A DNA stretch of 44,534 nucleotides from Candidatus Krumholzibacteriales bacterium (GCA_046483305.1 JAWODM010000079.1:1-44534), one strand, 5' to 3'. Positions 18,123-29,500 are shown, counted from the first letter of the stretch. Made by a program: numbers and translations. Notes: generated from the sequence alone by a model not told the origin.

Positions 18123-19730
18123 TTATTCGGGAAGGTAGGTAACTTTCAGCCATGGAATGAAGTTGCCTTCCTCCACCACTATATGGTCCTTTCTCCTGCC
18201 CACCCTGATCTTTGCTTCAGCGGCCTGATATTTATAACTCGGCCAGAAGGAAGCCTCTACTTTAACCATGTAATTTCCCCTGCCGACTCTGTTACCCCCT
18301 GCATCCTCCAGATTCCATGTGCAGGTATGACGGCCTGTATCTATGCTGGCTCCGGTTACCGCGTCGATTCCCTGGAATCCCGATGCTTCAGCCCATACCG
18401 GAAGCACTACCTGCCTGTCACGGACATGGCCGCTGAATCCGGAGACATATATAGTTCTGATGTAATTGCCGCTGTCATCCTCTATCCACACCGCTGTCTG
18501 GGGAGGGAGTTCATCCTGATAACCCATCACGAAATCTATTCTTACAGATCCATTCTCCTGCGTTTCCTCCCGGGAAACCGGCATATCAGGTTTCATCTCG
18601 CCGTATATACGCCGGGCCGCTTCCGATTCGGGGTATTTTACAGTGCCTTCTATCCAGTGATGAGTGCCCTTTTTCCGGTAACCCACCCCCAGCAGGTAGT
18701 GGGTTTCTGCCTTAACGGAATCGGGAAGCCCGCTCTCGAGCACCATCTCCAGATCGGCTATCCCCTGGTCAGATCTTCCGGTGAAGAAGGGAAAGAATAC
18801 CATAAGGGATCCTCTGGTAAACCGCAATTCCATGTCGTCAGGCCTCAGTTCCACGGCCTTGTCCAGGTATTTCACCGATTCCATAACCAGGGTGGTCCTG
18901 AGGTTGGTATCCTCTTTGATTCTCTGGTCGTAACCGGCTTCTGCCAGCCGCGCAAAGGACAGCCCCAGGTATTTATTTACTTCGAAATTCGCCGGGTACT
19001 GCTTCACCGCTTCTTCCAGCAGCTCGCGCGCCCGCGAGTAATCGCCTCGCAGATATGCTTCTTTCCCGCGTGTTACCGGTTCGGCTGTTTCAGTTCCGGA
19101 TGTATTCCCCACTTTCTTCCGCTCTTCTGCCTCCTTCTCAAGTTTTTCAATGTTCGTCCGGGCTTGCTCGGCTTCCCTGCTTCCGGGGGAGATAGCTATA
19201 ACCTCTTTCCATGCGCCGGCCGCCTTTTCCCGGTCTCCCTTCCTGGAGTAACCTTCCGCCAGCAGGTTCCAGGCGGCTGCCTTTTTCCCGGCAGAGAATA
19301 CTTCGGGGGATTCGGCAAAAATCTCAGCGGTCTTTTCCAGGTCTTTTATTCCCCGGTCCAGTTTCCCCAGAAACTGCGGCACATTAACGTAAATAATACC
19401 TCTGTTCATAAGCGCTTCCGGATTATCCGGGTCCAGCGATACCGCTCTGTCCAGCAGGGTGAACGATTCGCTGGCCAGCCTTCCGGCTTCCGCGAAATCG
19501 CTGGTATTCCCCGCGCTCATGCCGGTATACAGTCCCAGATACGATATCAGGGTAGAATTATCAGGGTGCTCTCCGGCAACTTCCTGAAGAAGGGCTACCG
19601 CTTCATCCAGCCTTCCCTCTTCACGGTGCTTCTCCGCCTCCATGATATACTGCGAAATATCTCCGGCGAAGATTCCCGCAGCTGACGCAATGGTAACCAG
19701 GATTGCGATTGTGAATACAACTTTTCTCAT
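18123..19730 (-). CDS. Secreted TPR-repeat protein with C-terminal DUF2271-like domain
   Basis: Signal peptide and several TPR-like helical repeats. C-terminal PQTAVWIEDDSGNYIRTIYVS...DAVTGAS...WNLEDAGG resembles DUF2271. Confidence 0.75.
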   Translation of the reverse strand: MRKVVFTIAILVTIASAAGIFAGDISQYIMEAEKHREEGRLDEAVALLQEVAGEHPDNSTLISYLGLYTGMSAGNTSDFAEAGRLASESFTLLDRAVSLDPDNPEALMNRGIIYVNVPQFLGKLDRGIKDLEKTAEIFAESPEVFSAGKKAAAWNLLAEGYSRKGDREKAAGAWKEVIAISPGSREAEQARTNIEKLEKEAEERKKVGNTSGTETAEPVTRGKEAYLRGDYSRARELLEEAVKQYPANFEVNKYLGLSFARLAEAGYDQRIKEDTNLRTTLVMESVKYLDKAVELRPDDMELRFTRGSLMVFFPFFTGRSDQGIADLEMVLESGLPDSVKAETHYLLGVGYRKKGTHHWIEGTVKYPESEAARRIYGEMKPDMPVSREETQENGSVRIDFVMGYQDELPPQTAVWIEDDSGNYIRTIYVSGFSGHVRDRQVVLPVWAEASGFQGIDAVTGASIDTGRHTCTWNLEDAGGNRVGRGNYMVKVEASFWPSYKYQAAEAKIRVGRRKDHIVVEEGNFIPWLKVTYLPE

Positions 19731-19896
19731 TACCGCACCTTCCGGTTATTAATTGAAATACCTCATTTTCTTCAATGCTGAATAAATAATGTTGCATTTT
19801 ACGCCGAAAAGGTAAAGAATTAAATAAGAGCCTGCGTATTTTCCCGCGATTACCGGGGGAAGTTGCAGTATTAATTCTTTTTCGGAGCGGTATTTC

Positions 19897-20334
19897 ATGA
19901 AAACGGAAGATAATAATAAGAAAAGAGACCTTAAAATCCTCATAGTGGAAGATGACGAGACCGCCAGAAATGTTACGGCCAGATATCTGTCTGATTTCGG
20001 GGAATGCGATATCGCCCCGGACGGCGAAGTGGCGATGGAGCTTTTTCTCGAGTCAAGGGCGGGGGGCAGGCCGTATGATGTCATTTTCCTTGATATTCTG
20101 ATGCCCAATATGAGCGGGCGAAAGGTTCTGGATAGGATCAGGGATATAGAGGATCATGAAAACATCAGTGAAAGAGACAGGACCAGAGTCATAATAACCA
20201 GCAGCCTGAGCGATCCCGGCAGTATTTCCGGAGCCTTCAAATCAAGGTGTGAAGGTTACCTGGTAAAGCCGTTCGGCAGGGAAGACCTTGAAAGGCAGCT
20301 GCAATCACTTGAAATAATAAAGTATCCTTCCTGA
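19897..20334 (+). CDS. Single-domain response regulator (CheY-like)
   Basis: ILIVEDD, FLDILMP, IITS and YLVKP motifs. Confidence 0.9.
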   Translation: MKTEDNNKKRDLKILIVEDDETARNVTARYLSDFGECDIAPDGEVAMELFLESRAGGRPYDVIFLDILMPNMSGRKVLDRIRDIEDHENISERDRTRVIITSSLSDPGSISGAFKSRCEGYLVKPFGREDLERQLQSLEIIKYPS

Positions 20335-20359
20335 GTACTACGGCAAAGCCGATTCCGGC

Positions 20360-20417
20360 TTGATTTCAGGGCGGTTCTCCGCTATATTCGTGGCATGAAT
20401 ATATCCAATAATGGCAC
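20360..20417 (+). promoter_or_regulatory. Promoter and candidate NikR-type operator
   Basis: TTGATT, 17 bp, TATATT (20360-20388), followed by dyad GTGGCAT-N14-ATGGCAC (20390-20417). Confidence 0.55.
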
Positions 20418-20438
20418 TGCCTTAACCGGAGGTCGGTA

Positions 20439-21488
20439 ATGCATATGTCTGATGCCCTGGTCTCGCCGGCCGTTGGAATTACGGGGTGGGGGTTCGCAGC
20501 CGCGCTGATATATTACTGCGGCCGCAGGCTGAGAGATTTTATGGATAGTTTCAAGCTCCCTCTGATGGGTGTGATGGGAGCATTCGTTTTTGCCGCCCAG
20601 ATGATAAATTTCTCCATTCCGGGCACAGGTTCCAGCGGGCATCTTGGAGGAGGCCTCCTGCTGGCTATACTGCTGGGGCCCCACGCGGCCTTTCTGGTTA
20701 TCTCTTCAGTACTGGTTATCCAGGCCTTTCTGTTCGCGGACGGGGGGCTTCTGTCTCTGGGATGCAATATTATAAATATGGGTTTTATCCCGGCATTCGT
20801 GGCATATCCTCTGATATTCAAACCGGTTGTTTCCAGGGGGGCGGCCAGGGGGGAAAAATCGAGAATTACGGCGGGAGCGGTCCTGGCATCGGTAGCCGCT
20901 CTGCAGCTTGGAGCTTTCGGGGTGGTACTGGAAACGGTACTGTCCGGGGTCGCCGAGCTTCCGTTCCGGACATTCCTTATTCTGATGCAGCCCATTCACC
21001 TCGCTATCGGGGCGGTGGAGGGCCTGGTTACCGCCGCGGTGGTTGTTTTCCTGTGGAACGCCCGGCCGGATATATTCAGCGAGTTCACTTCCCGGTTTTC
21101 GAGAAAGCGTTCTCCGGCAAGAATCGCTGTCTATATTATTATATCGGCGACAGTTGTGGCCGGCGCGCTATCCTGGTTCGCTTCGGGCGATCCTGACGGG
21201 CTGGAATGGTCCATCATAGGGAGCAGCGGCTCGGAACTGGAAGAACCTCGAGAGGGGATATATCCTCCGCTGGCTGATCTGCAGGAAAGGACTTCACTTT
21301 TCCCGGATTACCTTCCGCAGGATGCCGGAGAGGGGGCTGAGCCGGGCTGGCCGGATGTCAACGCGGGAACCTCCCTGGCCGGATTGGTAGGAGGAGCGGT
21401 AACCTTTATCCTGATATCCCTTGTCGCATTTCTTCTGAAGAGAAGAGGGGCCGGTACTCAAAACGGCGGCTGGAAGCGAATAATATGA
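20439..21488 (+). CDS. cbiM: Ni/Co ECF transporter substrate component, NikMN/CbiMN-type fusion
   Basis: Metal-binding N terminus MHMSD, GTGSSGHLGG, and a C-terminal PDGLE domain. Confidence 0.9.
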   Translation: MHMSDALVSPAVGITGWGFAAALIYYCGRRLRDFMDSFKLPLMGVMGAFVFAAQMINFSIPGTGSSGHLGGGLLLAILLGPHAAFLVISSVLVIQAFLFADGGLLSLGCNIINMGFIPAFVAYPLIFKPVVSRGAARGEKSRITAGAVLASVAALQLGAFGVVLETVLSGVAELPFRTFLILMQPIHLAIGAVEGLVTAAVVVFLWNARPDIFSEFTSRFSRKRSPARIAVYIIISATVVAGALSWFASGDPDGLEWSIIGSSGSELEEPREGIYPPLADLQERTSLFPDYLPQDAGEGAEPGWPDVNAGTSLAGLVGGAVTFILISLVAFLLKRRGAGTQNGGWKRII

Positions 21489-22294
21489 AAACCGAATCGA
21501 TAAGAAATGATGCCGCTTACATGGATAAACTATCCTCTGGCGATACCCCGGTCCATCGACTGGACGCCAGGGCCAAGGTTCTGGTGACCATCGCTTTCGT
21601 GATAGCGGTTCTCTCTTTCGGCAAATACGAAATATCCGCCCTGGTGTCATTCCTCGTTTTCCCCGCCTTCATGATATTCTACGGAAGAATGCCGGCCATT
21701 TATTTTTTGAGGAAAATTGCAATTATCTCTCCCCTGGTCATTTTTATCGCTATATTCAATCCGGTATTCGACCGCCGGACGGTCCTGGTTATCGGCTCGC
21801 TGAGCATATCGGCCGGCTGGTTTTCATTCGTATCCATACTGATTAAATTTCTCCTTACCGCGGTTTCGGTTCTGGTTCTTTTTGCCGGAACCGGGTTCCA
21901 TGAAATATGCCTGGCCCTGGAGAAGATGGGTGTTCCCGGCGAGTTTGTGACCCAGCTTAACTTTCTGTACAGATATCTATTCGTGCTGATGGATGAGGCT
22001 GCCAGAATGAACAGATCCTGTTCTCTGAGGTCTTTCGGGAAAAGGCGGATGAAGATACCCACTGTGGTTTCCCTGCTGGGAAATCTTCTGCTCAGGACCA
22101 TGGACAGGGCGGAGCGGCTTCACCGCGCCATGCTTGCCAGGGGATTCAAGGGAAGAATATCATTGATCAGAGATATGAATTTCGGCCTCGCCGACGGGGT
22201 CTATACTGTTTTCTGGGTATCCCTTTTCGTGTTGATGCGTTTATGGAATCTGCCCGGATTGATCGGCAGGGTTACGCTGGAGTTGATACAATGA
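21485..22294 (+). CDS. cbiQ: Ni/Co ECF transporter transmembrane component
   Basis: HRLDARAK, YRYLFVL and RAERLHRAMLARGF motifs. Confidence 0.9.
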   Translation: MKTESIRNDAAYMDKLSSGDTPVHRLDARAKVLVTIAFVIAVLSFGKYEISALVSFLVFPAFMIFYGRMPAIYFLRKIAIISPLVIFIAIFNPVFDRRTVLVIGSLSISAGWFSFVSILIKFLLTAVSVLVLFAGTGFHEICLALEKMGVPGEFVTQLNFLYRYLFVLMDEAARMNRSCSLRSFGKRRMKIPTVVSLLGNLLLRTMDRAERLHRAMLARGFKGRISLIRDMNFGLADGVYTVFWVSLFVLMRLWNLPGLIGRVTLELIQ

Positions 22295-23052
22295 GCCATC
22301 ATATTGTAGAAACCAACTCGCTGGGCTACCGGTACCCGGATGGGACCAGGGCTCTCAGGGGAGTCAGTTTCAGGATAACCCATGGGGAGTCGGTGGCGAT
22401 TGTAGGCGCAAACGGAGCCGGAAAGTCCACCCTTCTTCATCATCTCTGTGCGGCGGTTCTGCCTGAGGAGGGTGAAGTAAGGATAGGGGATTTCCCTGTA
22501 ACCAGGAAAAGACTGGATGAAGTGAGGCGGACGGTGGGGATGGTTTTCCAGAATTCAGACGATCAGCTTTTCATGCCCACCGTCTTTGATGATGTGGCTT
22601 TCGGCCCGGTGAATAGCGGTTTGCCGGAGAGGGAGATTGAAGAGAGGGTTAACCGGGTTCTGGAGAGAGTGGGAGCCGCACATCTGAGAGACAGGTCGGC
22701 TTCCCGTATCTCTGCCGGCGAAAAAAGGGCGGTGGCAATAGCATCGGTGTTGTCCTATCTGCCTGACATACTGCTGCTGGACGAACCGACTGCCGATCTG
22801 GACCCGCGGGCCAGGAGAAGAGTGATAGAGCTGCTCGACTCCTTTGAACACACCAAAATAATAGCTACCCACGATCTGGATTTGGTTCTTGAGGTCTGCG
22901 AGCGGACTATCGTTCTGGCTGGCGGAGAGGTGAAAGCGGACGGAGATTCGCGGGAGATTTTCAGCGATCTGGAGCTTCTGGCCGGGAATAACCTTGAACA
23001 GCCTCTAAGCATGAAAAATTGTCCGGTCTGCGGAGAAAAGAAGAAAGGCTGA
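22291..23052 (+). CDS. cbiO: Ni/Co ECF transporter ATPase
   Basis: Walker A GANGAGKST, FQNSDDQLF, LLLDEPT and ATHD. Start at ATG 22291 overlapping the cbiQ TGA. Confidence 0.92.
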   Translation: MSHHIVETNSLGYRYPDGTRALRGVSFRITHGESVAIVGANGAGKSTLLHHLCAAVLPEEGEVRIGDFPVTRKRLDEVRRTVGMVFQNSDDQLFMPTVFDDVAFGPVNSGLPEREIEERVNRVLERVGAAHLRDRSASRISAGEKRAVAIASVLSYLPDILLLDEPTADLDPRARRRVIELLDSFEHTKIIATHDLDLVLEVCERTIVLAGGEVKADGDSREIFSDLELLAGNNLEQPLSMKNCPVCGEKKKG

Positions 23053-23065
23053 TCGGACGGAGGGG

Positions 23066-23347
23066 TTACCGCTGCTTTCTCAAAGTAACCAGGGTTGCTC
23101 CCCAGCCCCCGGCGTCTTCGCCGGCTGTCCTGAATCCTGAAACTTCCGGTATCCCGCCCAGAGTTGAGTGTACGGTCCTTCTCATTGCTCCGGTCCCTTT
23201 TCCATGGATAATCCTGATGTTGTATATATCCCTCCCCAGGCATTCCGAAATATATTGGGGGATGAGATCCTTAACCTCCGAGGGGCGGAAGGTATGCAGG
23301 TCCAGTACGCCGTCTATCGGGATTTCAGCCGGATCAGGTTCTCTCAT
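23066..23347 (-). CDS. Small Smr/MutS2 C-terminal domain protein
   Basis: LDLH, IIHGKGTG and GGWGAT motifs. Confidence 0.92.
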   Translation of the reverse strand: MREPDPAEIPIDGVLDLHTFRPSEVKDLIPQYISECLGRDIYNIRIIHGKGTGAMRRTVHSTLGGIPEVSGFRTAGEDAGGWGATLVTLRKQR

Positions 23348-23536
23348 CTACGCTCCTTCTCCGCGGCAGAATAACGCCGCGGTTTCCGCCCTTCTCAAAG
23401 TTGGCTGTTGTAAACGGACTCTCCATGTTGTAGTATATATATTGTACATGATGACGGGAAGCCTGTTCCAGCGCTCAATTACAGCTCTTCCCCGATTCTC
23501 TGTTAATTTTTACGTTAAGGCGCGAAGGAGTTGCGT

Positions 23537-24589
23537 ATGAAAAAGCATATTGTCATGTTCCTGACTATTCTGGCGGCATTTTCGGTTATAGGCGGCTGTG
23601 GAGGGGGAGATAACGGAGGAGATGGAGAAAATGCTGCCGAGCAGGCCGGGAGTGGAGAGGATTTAAGCAAGGTAGTGGCCGTGATTGAGGGAGAGGAGAT
23701 CAGCGAAGGGCTTCTGGCAGAACGTGTGGATGAGTTGAAGATGAGTATGGAAGGAAGGATGAATCCGGCGGAGATGGCTAAAATGGAGGATTCATTCAGG
23801 AGTCAGGCATTCTCCAACCTGGTTAATTATAAGCTTCTCATGCACGAGGCCGATGAAAAGGGAATTACGGCAGCGGATTCGGAATTGCAAGAAAGAACTG
23901 AAGAGATCATCGGGAGCTATGAGTCCGAAGAGCAGTTTTACGAGAGGATAGGACAGCTGGGGATGGACAGGGAGGAATTCAAATCCCGCCTTGCCGAACA
24001 GATCAGAATAGATAAACTCATCGAAACTGAGACTTCATCGATGGATGCGCCCAGCGGCGAAGAGGTCAGGGAGTACTATGATTCCCATTCCGAACAGTTT
24101 GAAGAACCGGAACAGGTGAGGGCCAGCCATATTCTGATCAAGGTAGACCAGGAAGACGACCAGGAAACCAGAAGAGCCAAGAGGGAAAAACTCCAGGACA
24201 TCCTCAATGATATCAGAAACGGCGCCTCTTTCAGTGAACAGGCTTCGCTATACTCGGAAGGGCCCAGTAAATCAGAGGGCGGAGACCTGGGATTCTTCAG
24301 GGAAGAGGATATGGTAGAACCGTTCTCCAACGCCGCTTTCAGTATGGACACAGGTGAAGTGAGCGATATTGTGGAGACCAGGTACGGCTATCATATCATA
24401 AAGGTTACCGACAAGAAGCAGGCCCGGACCGTTCCCTTCGGCGAAGTGGAGGACAGGATCTCCGGTTACCTGGAGAGTACCGGGAAGAACGAGGCGATAA
24501 GCAGTTACCTGGCCGAACTGAGAGAAGAGGCCAATATACAGTATTTCGATTCCACCCTGATCAGCAAACCGGAGTTGAAGTTGAAGTAA
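23537..24589 (+). CDS. Parvulin-type peptidyl-prolyl isomerase lipoprotein (PrsA/SurA-like)
   Basis: AAGGAG SD, lipobox VIGGC, SurA-like N domain, VRASHIL, GGDLGFF and YGYHIIKV. Confidence 0.9.
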   Translation: MKKHIVMFLTILAAFSVIGGCGGGDNGGDGENAAEQAGSGEDLSKVVAVIEGEEISEGLLAERVDELKMSMEGRMNPAEMAKMEDSFRSQAFSNLVNYKLLMHEADEKGITAADSELQERTEEIIGSYESEEQFYERIGQLGMDREEFKSRLAEQIRIDKLIETETSSMDAPSGEEVREYYDSHSEQFEEPEQVRASHILIKVDQEDDQETRRAKREKLQDILNDIRNGASFSEQASLYSEGPSKSEGGDLGFFREEDMVEPFSNAAFSMDTGEVSDIVETRYGYHIIKVTDKKQARTVPFGEVEDRISGYLESTGKNEAISSYLAELREEANIQYFDSTLISKPELKLK

Positions 24590-24604
24590 GCGTCCCGTGC
24601 GGAG

Positions 24605-27163
24605 TTAGCTGTCCGCGCCGTTATCACTATCCGCCAGCTCCGGAACTGTTTTTTCCTCGCCGGGCTGGCTGCCGCTGGTATTCAGCGGATCCGGCCGGGT
24701 AATATGCAGGGGGGCGGCTTTCCAGATCTTGCTGTTGTACTTCCTGATTGAGTTGTCGGATGAAAGAGCGCCCGCGCCGGCGACATTGAGTATCGCTTTT
24801 CTTACCCAGCTTTTCCTGTCGCGGTAGTTCTTATCCACCTTCTTATGGCACTGCCGGTATGATTCGAAGTCTGCCAGCACCATGAAACGGTCCCGGTTGA
24901 GCAGATCATCCACCAGGGGGTTGAATGCTCCCGGGTCCTCCTTGCAGAAGAAGTTATTGTTTATCAGGTCTATGGTTTTCTTCAGAAGCGGGTTTTTGAG
25001 GTAGTATTCCCGGGGATTGTAATCGGAAGCCATTTTCTCGACCTCCCCGGAGGAAGAGCCGAAAATGAATATATTCTCTTTGCCCACATTCTCGACGATC
25101 TCTACATTCGCTCCATCCAGAGTCCCCACGGTCAGAGCCCCGTTAAGGGCCAGCTTCATGTTCCCGGTGCCGGATGCTTCGTAACCGGCTGTGGATATCT
25201 GCTCCGATATCTCGGCGGCAGGTATTATCTTCTCGGCGAGAGTGACATTGTAGTTCGGAAGAAATACTACTCTTATCAACCGGTCCGGATCGGAGTTGAT
25301 TATCGAGGCGGCGTGGCAGATCAGCTTTATTATCATTTTTGCCATGAAGTAATTGGGAGCCGCCTTACCGCCGAAAAGGAAAGTCCTGGGGTGCAGATCG
25401 CCGCCGCCGTTCTCCTTCGATTCCAGCCACAGCGAGATTACATGAAGTATATTCATCAGCTGCCTCTTATATTCGTGTATTCTCTTGACCTGCACGTCGA
25501 AGATGGAATCCGGGTCTATCCGGTAACCGGTCAGCTTTTCGGTCAGCTCGGCCAGGTCTCTCTTGTTCGCCCGCTTAACGTTAATGAACTCCTTCTGAAA
25601 GGCGCCGTCTGAAGCCAGCTCTCTTATTTCAGCAAGCTGCTCCAGGTCCTTGATCCAGCCCTTCCCTATATTCCGGGATATCAGACCGGACAGGCGGGGA
25701 TTGCAGGTAAGCAGCCACCGCCTGGGAGTAATCCCGTTGGTAATATTCCTTATTTTCCCGGGATATATCTCTTCGAATCTGCTGAAAATCCTGTTCCTCA
25801 GAAGTTCGGTATGCATTTCTGATACACCGTTTACGGAATGGGAGCCGACGATCGCCAGGTTGGCCATCCGGATCATCCTGTTTTTGCCTTCCCTGATCAG
25901 AGAAATTTCGGACAGGTAGTCGCTGTCCCCTATATGGAGTATGGAAGCTCTGTTGAGGAATCTCCTGTTTATTTCGTATATGATTTCCAGGTGACGGGGC
26001 AGAAGCCTCCCGAACATGCCTGCCGGCCACTCTTCCAGCGCTTCAGAGAGCACCGTATGATTTGTGTAAGCGCACGTATTTACTGTTAGTTCCCAGGACT
26101 TTTCCCAGGAGAGGTGGTATACATCCATGAGGATGCGCATAAGCTCGGTTATCGCCAGTGCGGGGTGGGTGTCGTTAAGCTGTATTGCCGCCTTTTCCGG
26201 CAAACTGTCGAAAGAATCATTATGCATAAGGAATCGCCTTATAATATCCTGCACTGAACACGATACAAAGAAGTACTGCTGTTTCAGCCTGAGCTCCTTA
26301 CCCTTTATACTGGTATCGTCCGGATAGAGGACCTTGGATATTGTTTCTGAGACATTCTTTTCCTGCACCGCCTTTATGTAGTCTCCGTCCTGAAAGTAAT
26401 CCAGGTCAAATTCGTTGGATGCTCTGGAAGACCACAGCCTCAGGGTATTAACGGTATCGTTGTCATAACCGGCTACAGGCATATCGTAAGCTATTCCGAT
26501 TACGTTACTGGTATTTATCCACTCTGTCTTGAGGGATCCGTCCGGCCAGGTGGTATTAATGGTTCCGCCGTAGAATTTTACGGTATAGCTGTATTCGGGC
26601 CGTTCGATCTCCCAGGGATAGCCGAATTGCAGCCAGGCATCAGGTTTTTCATTCTGCTCCAGGTTGTCCAGCTCCTGCCTGAAAATGCCGAACTCGTATC
26701 TTATACCGTATCCGAAAGAAGGTATTTCAAGAGTGGCCAGCGAATCCAGAAAACATGCCGCCAGGCGCCCCAGGCCGCCGTTCCCCAGTCCGGGCTCCGG
26801 TTCCTCCCGCGCGAGTTCGGACAGGTTTAGATTCAGGTTTTCCATCGCCTCCCGGGCTTCTTCGTATATCCCTATATTGATAAGATTGTTTATCAGAGCT
26901 CTTCCGATAAGATATTCCGCCGAAAGGTAGTATACCATCTTTGCCTTTTTCCGGTGGTATATCTGCTGTGTGTTTATCCACTGTTCTATCATTCTGTCTC
27001 TGGCAGCCAGGGCCAGAGAGTAGAAGAGGTCTCTGTTTGTAGCGGTATACTGGTCTTTGGATTTGGAATATTCCAGGTGATTGGCGAAGCTGAATTCCAG
27101 GCTCTTGCTGTCCATCCCCTTGTGGAATATTCCCCATTTCTTGAATAGCGAACTTTCTTTCAT
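24605..27163 (-). CDS. glgP: Glycogen/starch phosphorylase
   Basis: GLGNGGLGRLAACF, QLNDTHP, VKRIHEYKRQ and PLP-site EASGTGNMK. Confidence 0.97.
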   Translation of the reverse strand: MKESSLFKKWGIFHKGMDSKSLEFSFANHLEYSKSKDQYTATNRDLFYSLALAARDRMIEQWINTQQIYHRKKAKMVYYLSAEYLIGRALINNLINIGIYEEAREAMENLNLNLSELAREEPEPGLGNGGLGRLAACFLDSLATLEIPSFGYGIRYEFGIFRQELDNLEQNEKPDAWLQFGYPWEIERPEYSYTVKFYGGTINTTWPDGSLKTEWINTSNVIGIAYDMPVAGYDNDTVNTLRLWSSRASNEFDLDYFQDGDYIKAVQEKNVSETISKVLYPDDTSIKGKELRLKQQYFFVSCSVQDIIRRFLMHNDSFDSLPEKAAIQLNDTHPALAITELMRILMDVYHLSWEKSWELTVNTCAYTNHTVLSEALEEWPAGMFGRLLPRHLEIIYEINRRFLNRASILHIGDSDYLSEISLIREGKNRMIRMANLAIVGSHSVNGVSEMHTELLRNRIFSRFEEIYPGKIRNITNGITPRRWLLTCNPRLSGLISRNIGKGWIKDLEQLAEIRELASDGAFQKEFINVKRANKRDLAELTEKLTGYRIDPDSIFDVQVKRIHEYKRQLMNILHVISLWLESKENGGGDLHPRTFLFGGKAAPNYFMAKMIIKLICHAASIINSDPDRLIRVVFLPNYNVTLAEKIIPAAEISEQISTAGYEASGTGNMKLALNGALTVGTLDGANVEIVENVGKENIFIFGSSSGEVEKMASDYNPREYYLKNPLLKKTIDLINNNFFCKEDPGAFNPLVDDLLNRDRFMVLADFESYRQCHKKVDKNYRDRKSWVRKAILNVAGAGALSSDNSIRKYNSKIWKAAPLHITRPDPLNTSGSQPGEEKTVPELADSDNGADS

Positions 27164-27463
27164 TAATGAGACCTCCCCGATAATGAATATTATGATTCAG
27201 TGATATGCAGGATGCTTCTCTGAATGTAATTCTACAGCCTGAAGGCCGCCGCGTCAAACTGATATCTCCGCCCCGCGCAATATTCAGCAGGCTTCCGGAT
27301 GCGGAATCAGCGCTATTCCCGCCCGGCTTCTGTTTTGGAGTGGACAAACGACCCCTCAATGTGATAAATTAATAATAGGGTATTACTTATGAGTTATAAT
27401 CTGTAACCAGTGTAGCTTCTCTTATAATGAAGCAGGTAATTAACTGTAGAGAGGGTTAAATAA

Positions 27464-27871
27464 ATGTCAGAGAGGGGAATGACGGACAAAAAACAGATTC
27501 TCTTCATGGATGACGAGGAGATGATCCGGCGGGTAACAGCCATGATGCTGGAGGAGATGGGCTACCGTGTAGAGGTGGTTTCGGATGGAGGGGCGGCGGT
27601 ATCCGCCTACAGAGAAGCAGAGTCGAATCAGCGGGGATTTGATGTGGTAATACTGGACCTGAAGGTGAAAGACGGTATGGGAGGGCTTGAAGCCTCCCGG
27701 CGCATACTCGAGCTTGATCCGGAGGCTGTAATATATATTTCTACCGGTTATTCAAGTGACCCGATTGTGAAAGATTATAAGAGGCACGGGCTTGCAGGGG
27801 CGCTGGCCAAACCTTACACGGCGGGTGAGCTGGAGAAACTGATCAAAGGCGCAGTTTCACTGAGGGATTGA
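27464..27871 (+). CDS. Single-domain response regulator
   Basis: FMDDE, ILDL, STGY and LAKP motifs. Start at 27464 or 27479. Confidence 0.88.
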   Translation: MSERGMTDKKQILFMDDEEMIRRVTAMMLEEMGYRVEVVSDGGAAVSAYREAESNQRGFDVVILDLKVKDGMGGLEASRRILELDPEAVIYISTGYSSDPIVKDYKRHGLAGALAKPYTAGELEKLIKGAVSLRD

Positions 27872-27987
27872 CAGCGGCGCAGGCCTGTTTTCAGGCTCCC
27901 GAAAGCGCCGGTAATCAAACCAATTCTATTTATATGACCGATCGCCTGTTCTGTATAATTCACAAATTGAGGAATGGCTGAAAAGAC

Positions 27988-28017
27988 TTGACAGTTTACC
28001 TTCTAATCTTATATTAT
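27988..28017 (+). promoter_or_regulatory. Putative sigma70 promoter of gdhA
   Basis: TTGACA at 27988-93, with TATATT or TATTAT 16-18 bp downstream. Confidence 0.55.
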
Positions 28018-28082
28018 GCACATCCCATTTAAATCACTGCTTAATGGGATCTAAATGAGATTTTTTATCTTATGTCCCGTAA

Positions 28083-29432
<1,350 letters not shown>

Positions 29433-29461
29433 CGCTCCCTGTTTTCAATGAGCAGATTGCT

Positions 29462-29500
29462 GGAAAAGGGGTCCTGCCTCGGGGCAGAACCCCTTTTTCC
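29462..29500. terminator. Probable bidirectional intrinsic terminator between convergent genes
   Basis: GGAAAAGGGGTCCTGCC-TCGG-GGCAGAACCCCTTTTTCC hairpin with an A tract before and a T tract after. Confidence 0.85.

Noticed and set aside
18183..19685. 500-aa plus-strand ORF
   Set aside because: Fully antisense to the TPR-DUF2271 gene with non-protein-like composition; a codon-bias shadow
20335..20438. Cobalamin or NiCo riboswitch before cbiM
   Set aside because: Intergenic region is too short and lacks the conserved elements
27948..27965. Rex-like box upstream of gdhA
   Set aside because: Only the TTCACAA half-site matches; the left half and spacing do not
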